Positions 53,701-64,000 of a stretch of 64,000 nt of DNA are shown piece after piece. Under the pieces are notes generated by a model, which saw only the letters and a program-made list of their open reading frames with translations, was not told the origin of the DNA and searched no databases. Both the position numbers and the translations under genes were made by a program. Position 1 is the first letter of the stretch. The number at the start of each line of letters is the position of its first letter. The DNA comes from Zygnema circumcarinatum SAG 698-1b (Eukaryota > Plantae > Zygnematophyceae), in assembly GCA_037447605.1 (NCBI GenBank), contig CM074810.1, forward strand, positions 3,010,880-3,074,879, read 5' to 3'.

Positions 53701-56330
53701 ATGTCTGCCTCTCCTCCTCCTTCCGCGTGCCATTCCCTCCCCCGCTCTCACCTCTCCTCCTTCCATTCTGCCCGTCCCTCTCACACCTCCTCTCTCTCTC
53801 TCTCTCGTAGCTCTCTCTCTCGGCGAACTCATTCAACCATGGATCCACCAACCACTTCATCTCCGGAAGAAAAAACGTGCTTTTTAACAAAACCCTTTCG
53901 CAGAGCAAAGTATCGCAGAAGCTCTCTGCATAGCAGCATGTCTCATTCTGCCATTTCCCGCAAATACACGGAAAGAAGAAGCAGCGCAGCAATGGAAGCG
54001 TGGGCGAAGCTGGAGGAGGGGGATGAAGAGGGCGAGAAGATAAGCTCAGCCATGGCGGCTGTGAGAGCCGTGGGTGGAGTCATTACGGCTGTTCGGCTTC
54101 CGGGTTCCGAAAACGCCGTGAGAGTGGTTGGGCCCGGGGGGGCCGGCGATGAGATAGTTGGAGGTGAGTTCATACATTACATGCAGGTATGCATACATGC
54201 ATACATTTGGGAGTCATGCATGCATTCCCCTTGACCATCATGAATGAATGTGGTAAAAGTACAGGTTTCGTCACATATTGTCTGGAGCTTGTTGTGAATG
54301 AATTTAAGAATCAAGCAAAGAGTTTGCCGTTTCACGCAAACCTAACTGGTCGATGCTGATCGACTTCCTCTCGAACTAGTGATTCTATGCAAAAAAGTGA
54401 ACTAATTAGCGATCATGCGACTTGCAAGGACGCAAGCTATTCGTGGCCTTCCTTTTACTTCTGCAGCGTTTCTCCTTGCAGCTTTTTTGGTCCTTCAGCT
54501 CACTCCATCCCCTTGACTCTGCTTTTTTTAATCTTAAAAATTCACACACCTTCTGTGTGCTTATTTTCCACGTTAAGCAGTACCCATGCGACTCTTTCTG
54601 TTGTCTTTGAATGTCCATTGAAAGACCAAACCAAACCAAACCAAACCATGAATAGAATCAGTACACTCCTGCCAAACCGTTCCTTTACTAAGGGTGCTTA
54701 TTTCGTATTGTAGATTTCGGTCCCATTCTCACATTCGACGAGTTCTTTATCACCCCAAATACGGGCCCCATTCCCTTTCCCGAGCCCGGAGTTCCCTTAG
54801 AATCTCTCATCTACTACCTCGAAAATCCGCAATTGGAGGACGACGATGAGCCCAGTTTTGACGGAAACGAGAGCGTCTCTCAGCCTAGACATGGAATTCA
54901 AGTCTTTATCGATTCAAAAATAAGAATTCCGGTTTCGGTTTCTACTCATACAAGTACAAGTCCTTCTTCAAATTCGACTCTGAGCTCCTTTCAGAGCATA
55001 ACCCACGTCAGAGAAGCTTCCTTTTCACCAACAGTGCAAATAGGAGAGGTTATAGGTAGCCAGGTCTCCTCTCTACCACCTGTAATGGCTGCGGATGAAG
55101 GTAGTGATGTTGGAGTTGCTGAAGGAGGGGTTCAAAAGATGGGAGTGGAGGGAGGGAGGGAGGGAGGGAGGAGAAAGGAGGGATGGTGGGAGGGGAATTC
55201 CGGAGCTACAGTTCGAGTTGTGGCGGGAGAATGTGGTGATGTCAGAGCACCTCCTCCCCTCGAAGACATAGTAAGGAAAAATTCCATTCCATTTTCTGTT
55301 TTTCCTTGTATTTGTGATCGAGATGGGAAGGCTTAAGGATACAACTTGTTGTTCATGACAGAGTTTTTAGGGTTTTTAGGGTTCAGAAATTTGTAAATCG
55401 GAAGTAGGGAAGTAGAAGTTTGAAGGTGGAATGCCAATGAGCGGTTTAGGGTTTTTCCTTGACAACTTCAAACTGGTTATGTACTGAAAATATGTCTGTT
55501 TTGTGATGCGTCCAACCAACGCCTGCCACCTGTCCAGCTCCTATTGGATGTTGTGATGCGGCCTTCTGCGTCGGTGGAGCTTCCAATTCCAGCTTCGTAC
55601 GGAGCTCTTGTCTACATTTTGGAGGTCAGTGACCCAAAAAAAAAGATTAAAAAAAAAAAAACTGAAAGAAAAGGAGGAGGAGATGCAGGTAGGTCTTCTC
55701 CGATTCCCAGATGCTCAGTTTCATTCACTTTTTTGGCTTCTTTCTGGAAGATGAGAAAAGTGTAAAACAGCAGAAGTGTTCTACAGACAAAAGATGGTTT
55801 TAAGGGTTTTTAGGGTTTTAAGGAAAACCCTAAAAATCCTAAAACGACCGATGATAAGCTGAACATGTAGTTGCTTCCCAGCATCATATGTTGTCGTTTT
55901 CCTCCTTCTACTTATTCGATAACCGTTAATTTTTTACGCCTTTTTGAATAATGATGTCTGCGGGGACTATAGTGGTTTTACATTTTAAGGGTTTTGGGAT
56001 CTGAAACGTTTTGGGGCATGCAGGGAGTTGGGCTTTTTGGAGGCTCGCCCAATGGGACGGCGACAGGTGTCACGTACCAAAACGAGGGCCACGCTCTGTG
56101 GCTGCCCAAAATGGGCAGCGAAGAAAACAAGAGAAGGGGAGAGAGCTCGGTTTGGGTGCGGACCCATCAGTGGTCGCATCTTCGCTTCATTCTTTTGGGC
56201 ACGCAATTGTGAATATGTCTGTGATGACTTCATGGCCCCTCATGGTCCCACAAGTTGTTGTTGTTGTTGTTCGTGCCTTTGTGAAGGGATGTGGTTTAGA
56301 TGGAAAGGAATGACAGAAGAGAGACATTGA
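53701..56330 (+). CDS. Highly divergent pirin-like (bicupin) gene lacking the metal-binding residues; possibly a pseudogene at the 3' end
   Basis: Exons ~53701-54163, 54714-55273, 55539-55625, ~55970-56330. Pirin-like blocks: [81 protein letters not shown]. Start codon, last acceptor and last frame are uncertain. Confidence 0.6.
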
Positions 56331-56550
56331 GGGATTTTGCATTGGTCTCAAGATGATGGGATGGCGATGGGATGGGAATGAATGGCACATGGACACAAAC
56401 AACAACATGGAGAACCACGAGGAGGCAGCCAACCCGGGATCCCAAAGGACCCGAGGACGAAAGCAGAGAGCTATGAGCTGAAACCTTTCCCTTCTCTTTA
56501 TGAGGAAGGTGTGAGGCCATCCCCGCTATGGCTATGGCTTGGTTATGCCC

Positions 56551-56640
56551 ATGGCTATGGCTATGGCTATGGCTATGGCTATGGCTATGGCTATGGCTAT
56601 GGCTATGGCTATGGCTATGGCTATGGCTATGGCTATGGCT
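56551..56640. repeat. (GGCTAT)n microsatellite
   Basis: Direct observation. Confidence 0.95.
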
Positions 56641-57247
56641 CCTGCGAGCGCATGGCTCGACCTTCCATGGCTGCTACCGTCTGAGTCGATTCGGAGGGCG
56701 CGGCCACCGCAGGCACTGCGCACTGGGCGCACAGCCGTGTGGAAAGCACGTGGCCGCACTGTGCATACGTGGTATACCAACGGTCATTTTTTTCGGATAA
56801 TCTACACGTGGCAGACGGCACGAGTACACGTGACATATCCAACGGTCGAAAGTATACAGTCTTGCTATTGACACATGTTTTGGCCTACGTGGCACATCCA
56901 ACGGTCGGAGGCCTTGCGATGGTCGATTTGATGGACCGTCCGATGGGGTATGTGCACAGCAAATAAACTTTTTGAATTCGATTTTTAGTTTTTACGACGT
57001 CAGCATAGTGTCTGAAATCGTCATGATCCGTACATGTCGTGCGTCATGTCCAGCGTAGCCCTAAATCCCCCCCCAGGGCTTCGCCTCATGTTCAGACGTC
57101 AGCCATAATCTCAACTCTCTTGTATCTCAAAGCCTAATTTATCCTCATGGCAACCTGAACTCTAACTTTAGGTCTAAGCTTAATCTCTTTAAAGAAGAGC
57201 CCTATAATTAACCCTAATTTTAACCTAATATTATTCCTTTCTTAATC

Positions 57248-59968
57248 ATGATGGCATCGCCAGCTGCCCTCTCTCTTCGGCCCACTCCCTTTATCACTCA
57301 AGCTGCTTCCGAGGGCGCCTTGAAGCTGCGGGAAGGGGGCGCAGTTCCCTGTGCAGGGCGCAGCGTTCTGAGAGGAGGTGAAAAAAAGGAGCGAGATTAA
57401 TGTCATGTTTCAAATATTGGGTCAGTTTCAAAAAAAAGTTATTGAGGTTTCAGTTTTGTAAAAGCAGATGTGTTTGGTTTGGTTCTAGCATGTGTAAAAG
57501 AAACAAACCGAAGGTCTGTCAAAGGGCTGCTGAGGAAGCAGCTTCTTGAGGGAGGGAGGGAGGGAGGGAGGGAGGGAGCATTCATTTTTATTACAAAGTG
57601 ATAATGCAGTGAGTGACAATAAATTGATCTGTGATTCAGTGCGTTGATCCTTTCCACCCTATGTTGCCTGCTTTCAGGCTCTCCCGGAACCGAGCTGCAT
57701 TCTGCCTGCATTGGAAGGAGGGGCCAGAGGCCACAGAGGAGCTTTACAGTTAGGGCGGACGTGGCAGTGAAGCAGGCTGTCGTCAATGCCACTGCTGAAG
57801 TGGTAAGATATAACCTGCCAGCTGGTTCGCTTCTCTCTGCACCTTTCTTTTTCCCTCTCTCTCACTAACTCTCACTCACTCGCTCTCCCCCATGCCCTTC
57901 GCACCCTCTCTTCCTTCCTCTTCCCTCCCTCTCCGTCCCCTTTCCCTCCCTCACTTTTTCTTCCTCCCTATCTCTCCCTCCCTCCCTCCCTCCCTCGCAC
58001 TCTCTCGCTCTCTATCTCCCATGGAACTGATCGATGACGTACTGGCATTGAATCATGTCTTTTGTTTGCGAATGAATATGGGGAGAGGTTTTCTGCTTTT
58101 CCTTGCAGGAGGTGCCAGCTGGCAGCGTCTCCGTGGTGCTCTTGGCGGGAGGAGTTGGAAAGAGAATGGGGGTAGGCGTTGCATGCAGAATTTCAAGAGC
58201 TTGAACCTCTAGGCTATATCGATTAGGATTAAGGGTTCAGGGTTGAAGGTTGTGGTTTAGATTGGGGGTTTCGGATTAGGGTTAGGGTTAGGGCTAGGGC
58301 AGGGTTAGTAGAGTTTGGGTTAGAGTCAGTATCTCGGATTAGGGTTAGTTTTTAAGATTTAGGGTCAAGATTGAGCTCTGAGAAGTTCTGTGCTTGCAGG
58401 CGGACATGCCAAAACAATATCTTCCGCTATTGGACCAACCCATCGCACTCTACAGGTGAGACAAAAAGCCATTTTGGACGTAGAATTTTAGACAAGAATA
58501 GGCTTTTTGCACTTTCTGTGTTGATGTTTCCAGGTCTTGCAGATGGATACAGCATCTGCAATGCCGTGTTGACCCTTGCTTTCTTCCTATTATGCTCTTT
58601 TTTTCTGCACTCTTACTTTCCACAGTAGGCTTGAATCGATAAGAAGTTTGGGGAGGGAGTGGCAGCTTGTACTTGTTTTCAGAGCTGCCGGAGGTCGGAG
58701 AGATCGTTGTGGTGTGTGACCCGTCATACAGACACATCTTTTTAGGTACACGCTTTACCTTTTTTTTTTTTAGTTATTATGTACATAACATTACATATTT
58801 GTTTTCTAATCCTTCATGAACTCTCCCAGATGGGTTTTCCATATCCATCTTTTAAAAAATATGAACAACTTACAACCTTAACAATAGCCCTAGTCCTAGC
58901 CCTTTTCACTACGTTAACATAACACTAAACATAACTTCAACGTGATGCTAATCTTAACTCTGAATCTTGTCCATTCCAATTTTTTTCTATTTCCCATCCC
59001 TAATGTGAGGTACACACATTTCTAGAATTTCCTACAATGTTTTCTATACTGCACTGCTTACAACTCTTCCTACACATGACCAAAGTCTCTGGAAACCATC
59101 AACCCTGTCCTTTGTTCAGCATGAAATTGTGAAGCAGAGAAATGTGACGCTAAAGTTATGATTAACTTGCATTCTATCACTATGGTAGTCAAACATATGA
59201 GCTTCTCCCCTCACAGACAGCCCACTGACGCATGTGAACCCTAACCCTAATCATTTCTCTTTTTAAATCTTCAGTGTGCGTACACTGAGAGAAACAATAA
59301 GTAAATCAAACGACCATCTTCCTTCTCCTTTATAGAAGAAGAAGATCTCTCTTCAAAGATTAGTAATCATAAAACGAAAAACATTCCTTGAAACTAAAGG
59401 CGGACCATCCCTGCATGCATGCATGCATGCAGAAGCTGCCTCAAACATTACGGTTCCGATTCGATTTGCACTGCCTGGAAAAGAGCGGCAAGACTCTGTC
59501 TACAGCGGCCTGCAGGTCCTCGCCCACCCTTCCTCCCTCTCTCCCTCCCTCCCTTCCCTCCCTCGCCTCTCTCCCTTCCCTCCCTCGCCTCTCTCCCTTC
59601 CCTCCCTCGCCTCTCTCCCTTCCCTCCCTCGCCTCTCTCCCTTCCCTCCCTCGCCTCTCTCCCTTCCCTCCCTCGCCTCTCTCCCTTCCCTCCCTCGCCT
59701 CTCTCCCTTCCCTCCCTCCCTCGCCTCTCTCCCTCCCTCCCTCTCTCCCTTCCCTCCCTCGCCTCTCTCCCTTCCCTCCCTCGCCTCTCTCCCTTCCCTC
59801 CCTCGCCTCTCTCCCTTCCCTCCCTCCCTCTCTCCCTTCCCTCCCTCCCGCCCCTCCTTGACCAATGAGGTAGTGCCACGTGGCGTGCAGGAGATCAGCA
59901 AGGCGGCCGCCCTTGTGGCAGTTCACGACTCCGCGCGGCCGCTCGTCACGGCAGAGGACACGCGCAAG
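57248..59968 (+). CDS. ISPD: 2-C-methyl-D-erythritol 4-phosphate cytidylyltransferase (MEP pathway), 5' part; remaining exons beyond the gap/window
   Basis: Transit-peptide exons, then EVPAGSVSVVLLAGGVGKRMG (~58110-58171) / ADMPKQYLPLLDQPIALYS / LYLFSELPEVGEIVVVCDPSYRHIF / IRFALPGKERQDSVYSGLQ / EISKAAALVAVHDSARPLVTAEDTRK (59891-59968). Confidence 0.93.
59555..59850. repeat. 22-bp pyrimidine minisatellite CCTCGCCTCTCTCCCTTCCCTC in an ISPD intron
   Basis: Direct observation. Confidence 0.9.
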
Positions 59969-60122
59969 GTGGGGCGTAGGGTAAGGGGGGTAGGGGCTAG
60001 GGGTAGGGAGGGGCATTGGGGGNNNNNNNNNNNNNNNNNNNNNNNNNNNNNNNNNNNNNNNNNNNNNNNNNNNNNNNNNNNNNNNNNNNNNNNNNNNNNN
60101 NNNNNNNNNNNNNNNNNNNNNN

Positions 60123-63100
60123 AGGATGCAGACAAAGGAGAGGATCAGACAGGGCAGGGACTAGACAAGGAGGGTATTAGGACAGGCAGGGGGTGCGCAG
60201 GACAAGGAGAGAATCAGGACAGGCAGGAGGGACCAGACAAGGAAAGGCTACCAGGACAGGGAAATGCAGAACAAGGAGAGGCACCAGGACAGGCAGGGGA
60301 ACTATACAAGGAGGGTTAGGACAGGGCAGGGGATGCATACAAGGAAGGCATCAGGAACAGGGCAGGGAAACTACAGACAAGGAGAGGCACCAGGCAACAG
60401 GCAGGGATGCATACAGAGGAGAGGATTAGCACAGGCAGGGACTATACAAGGAAGGCACCAGGACAGGGCAGGGAATGCAGACAAGGAAGGAGGCACCAGG
60501 ACAGGCAACAGGATGTATACAAGAGAGGCTCAGGACAGGCAGGAAATGTATACAAGGAAGGACTCAGGACAGGGCAGGATGCAGCACAGGAAAGGACTAG
60601 GACAGGCAGGCAATGAGACAAGGAGGGAATTAGACAGGATGTATACGGGGGACAGGACAGGCAGGGAACCAGACAAGGAAGGACTAGGAACAGGCAGGGG
60701 TGCACACAAGGAAGGAATCACAGAAGGGAGGGCGCAGAACAGGAAGGGGTCAGACAGGCAGGGGATGCAGACAAGGGGAGGGACCAGGTAGGGAGGGAAT
60801 GCAGACAAGGAGAGGAACAGGGAGAGGGGACTAGGACAGGGAGGGTCAGGGACAGGGAGGGTGAGACAAGGAGGGTACTAGGACAGGAGGGGGGTGCAGG
60901 ACAAGGAAGGGCATCAGGCAGGAGGGGGGCCCAGGACAGGGGGGTAGGGACCAGGACAGGCAGGATGTAGTACAAGGGACAGGGGACCAGGGAACAGGAG
61001 GGGCCAGAAGGGAGAGGACTCACAGGAGGGTGAGGAACAAGGGAGAAACTCAGGCAGGCAGGGGGGCCAGAGAAGGGAAGATGCTCAGGACAGGCAGGGG
61101 AACTAGACAAGGAAAGGATTAGGACAAGTAGGGTGCAGGACAAGGAGAGGCACCAGGAACAGTAGGGATGCAGTACACGGAGGAGGATCAGGACAGGGCA
61201 GGGATGCAGTACAAGGGAGGGATTAGGACAGGGCAGGGGATGTAGTACAAGGAAGGCACCAGGCACAGGAGGGAGTGACAGTACAAGGAAAGGATCAGGA
61301 CAGGCATGGAACTAGACAAGGGAAGGCACCAGGACAGGGAGGGGGCCAGAGCAAGGAGAGAGGCTCAGGACAGGGAGGGATGTGATACAAGACAAATTTA
61401 TAACAGTAGAAAAACCCAGTACAGGGAAGGACCTAGGACAGGGCAGGGGAACTGACAGACATGGTAAGAAGACCAGGAACAGCATGGCCATACAAGGTGA
61501 GAAAACTCAGGACAGGGCAGGGGGACTCAGGACAAGGAGGATCAGGACAGGGCAGGGAATGTAGACAAGGAAGAGGACCAGAACAGGTAGGGAAGCTCAG
61601 ACAAGGAAGGACTCAGGACAGGTAGGAGGGTCAGGACAAGGAGAGGACCAGGACAGGCAGGAATGACAAGGAAAGATCAGACAGGCAAGGAAAGCTCACA
61701 GACAAGGAAGGTCAGGACAGGGCAGGGAATGCATAACAGGAGGATCAGGACAGGTAGGGGAATCAGGACAAGGAAAGGACCAGGGAAGGGAGGGGGACGC
61801 ACAGGACAAGGGAAGGAGGTATTAGGACAGGGCAGGGAAACGCAGTACAAGGAAGGACCAGGACAGGCAGGGGGCCAGGACAAGGGAGGATCAGACAGGC
61901 AGGGGGGTGCAGACAAGGAAGGCACCAGGCATAGGGATGCAGTACAAGGAAGGGACCAGGACAGGCAGGGGGGTCAGAGGAGTGAGAGGATCAGAACAGG
62001 CAGGATGCATACAAATAAAGGTACCAGACAGGCAGGAAACTACAGACAAGGAGAGGACCAGGACAGGCAGGCAACTATACAAGGAAAGGCACCAGGACAG
62101 GCAGGGACGCAGAACAAGGAAGGGTCAGAACAGGCAGGGGCTGCATACAAGGAAGGTGTCAGGGGACAGATAAGCTCAGACAAGGAAGAGGACCAGGACA
62201 GGCAGGGGATGAGACTAGGCAAGAGGACCAGGACAGGCAGGGGAACCAGGACAGGAGAGGCACCAGGACAGGCAGGGGAACTAGACAAGGAAGGTCAGGT
62301 ACAGGATAGGACGCATACAAGGAAGGTGCACCAGGACAGGCAGGAAAGCTCAGTACAGGAAGAGCACCAGAACAGGCAGGGGAACCAGACAAGGAAGGAT
62401 TTATAAAATGACAAGGAAGGTATTAGGACAGGGCAGGGGATGTATACAAGGAAGGGACTGAGGCAATAGGGACTATACAAAGTAAGAGGACTCAGACAGG
62501 CAGGGAATGACAGACAAGGAAGGTATTAGGCAGGAGGGGAATTTGGATACAAGGCAGGAATCAGAACAGGCAGGAAATGCAGGACAAGGAAGGCGTCAGG
62601 ACAGGCAGGAAACTATAACAAGTAACAGGATCAGGAAGGGGGTAGGGGTCATAAGAGGAAGGCACAGGACAGGACAGGAATGCATACAAGGAAGGATCAG
62701 AACAGGCAGGATGCATACAAGGAGAGAATCAGGACAGGCAGGGTGCATACAAGGAAGGACTAGAACAGGAGGGGGGCTACAGGACAAGGAAGGGACCAGG
62801 ACAGGCAGGAAATCAGACAAGGAAGAGGCACCAGAACAGGCAGGAAACTATACAAGGAAGAGGCACCAGGACAGGCAGGATGAGCACAAGGCAAGGCACC
62901 AGGCAGGAGGGGACCATACAAGGAAAGGTGACTCAGGAAGAGGCAGGGGGGCCACAGACAAGGAGAGGCACCAGGACAGGCAGGGGGACCAGACAAGGAG
63001 AGGCACCAGGCAGGAGGGGGGTGCAGGCAGGAGAGGACCAGGAACAGGGCAGGGGAACTAGACAAGGAAGGTATCAGGACAGGTAGGGGAATGCAGTACA

Positions 63101-64000
63101 GGAGAGGGTCAGGGCAGGAGGGGGGTCAGACAGGGTAGGAATCAGGCACAGGCAGGGGATGACAGACAAGGAGAAGGACTAGTACAGGGATGCATACAGG
63201 AGAAATCAGACAGGTAGGATGTATACAAGGAAAGGCACCAGGACAGGGCAGGATGTATACAAGGAAGAGGTACTAGGGACAGGCAGGGGACTCAGACAAG
63301 GAGAGGTACTAGAACAGGCAGGAAACTATACAAGGAAGAGGCACCAGGACAGGCAAGGACGCATACAGGGAGGGTGTCAGGCAGGCAGGATGCATAGAGG
63401 AAGAGCACCAGGACAGGGCAGGGAATGCATACAAAGAGAGGATTAGGACAGGGAGGAAAGCCACAGACAAGAAAGGTCAAACAGCAGGAATGATACAAGG
63501 AAGGTATTAGGACAGGCAGGGGGGCTACAGGAAGAAACTCTACAGGCAACAGGCAGGAAACTATACAAGGAAGGATCAGAACAGGCAGGGGAATGATACA
63601 AGGAGAGGTATCAGGACAGGCAGGGGAACTCAGACAAGGAGAGGCACCAGGACAGGCAGGATGCAGCACAAGGAAGAGGTACCAGGACAGGGAAAACTAG
63701 CACAAGGAGAGGACTCAGCACAGGGCAGGGATGAGACAAGGAAGGATTAGGACAGGGAACTAGACAAGGAAGGATCAGGTACAGGCACTATACAGGGAAC
63801 AGGTATCAGGACAGGGCAGGGGCCAGACAAGGAAAGGACCAGGAACAGGCAGGGGAACTATACAAGGAAGGGTAGGACTGAGAACAGGCAGGGAATGCAG
63901 TACAGGGGGGGAGGGAGCAGGGGACAGGGCAGGGGGGTCAGACAAGAACAGGATCAGAACAGGCAGGGAATGCATACAAGGAAGGGATCAGTAACAGGGC
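60123..64000. repeat. Purine-rich variant minisatellite, ~33-38-bp units (ACAAGGA.AGG-var-CAGGACAGG(G)CAGGG-var), >3.8 kb, runs off the window end
   Basis: Alternating constant ACAAGG and CAGGACAGGCAGGG blocks with variable linkers. Very low T on the + strand. Confidence 0.92.

Noticed and set aside
60123-64000. CRISPR-like array or repetitive protein gene in the terminal satellite
   Set aside because: The variable parts are only 3-9 nt and are reused. ORFs occur in all frames with frequent frame changes and no splice or start context.

Overview
Eukaryotic nuclear DNA from an intron-rich, plant-lineage genome. A streptophyte alga or other non-seed plant is my inference, from the land-plant-like proteins, the bryophyte/charophyte-type 5S sequence and TTTAGGG-type repeats inside introns. 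The window has several N gaps. Ten conventional multi-exon genes can be rebuilt by eye: an At1g32220-like Rossmann-fold protein, a theta GST (5' exons missing), RRP4, the SPL2 E3 ligase, PDIL2-1, a Methyltransf_16 protein, NHP2, an AMSH deubiquitinase, a degenerate pirin-like gene and ISPD (partial). The accessory zone (about 1-1.0 kb and 6.8-21.4 kb) is the interesting part. (i) A spliced gene encodes a Crypton/Ndc10-type tyrosine-recombinase fold, an (MQGG)n tract and a GCR1_C domain. Its HxxR, W and Y catalytic positions are substituted while the recombinase-like exons stay open, so it is a candidate domesticated Crypton DNA-binding protein. (ii) Four dispersed 5S rRNA-derived copies, two of them convergent around a long inverted repeat. 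(iii) Three long-TIR non-autonomous elements from two related families with 8-bp target duplications, all inserted within about 130 bp of a 5S copy. An exact CCAAT-N9-CCACG (ERSE-type) motif occurs seven times. The window ends in a 3.9-kb modular purine-rich minisatellite. All calls come from reading the sequence; no database searches were run.
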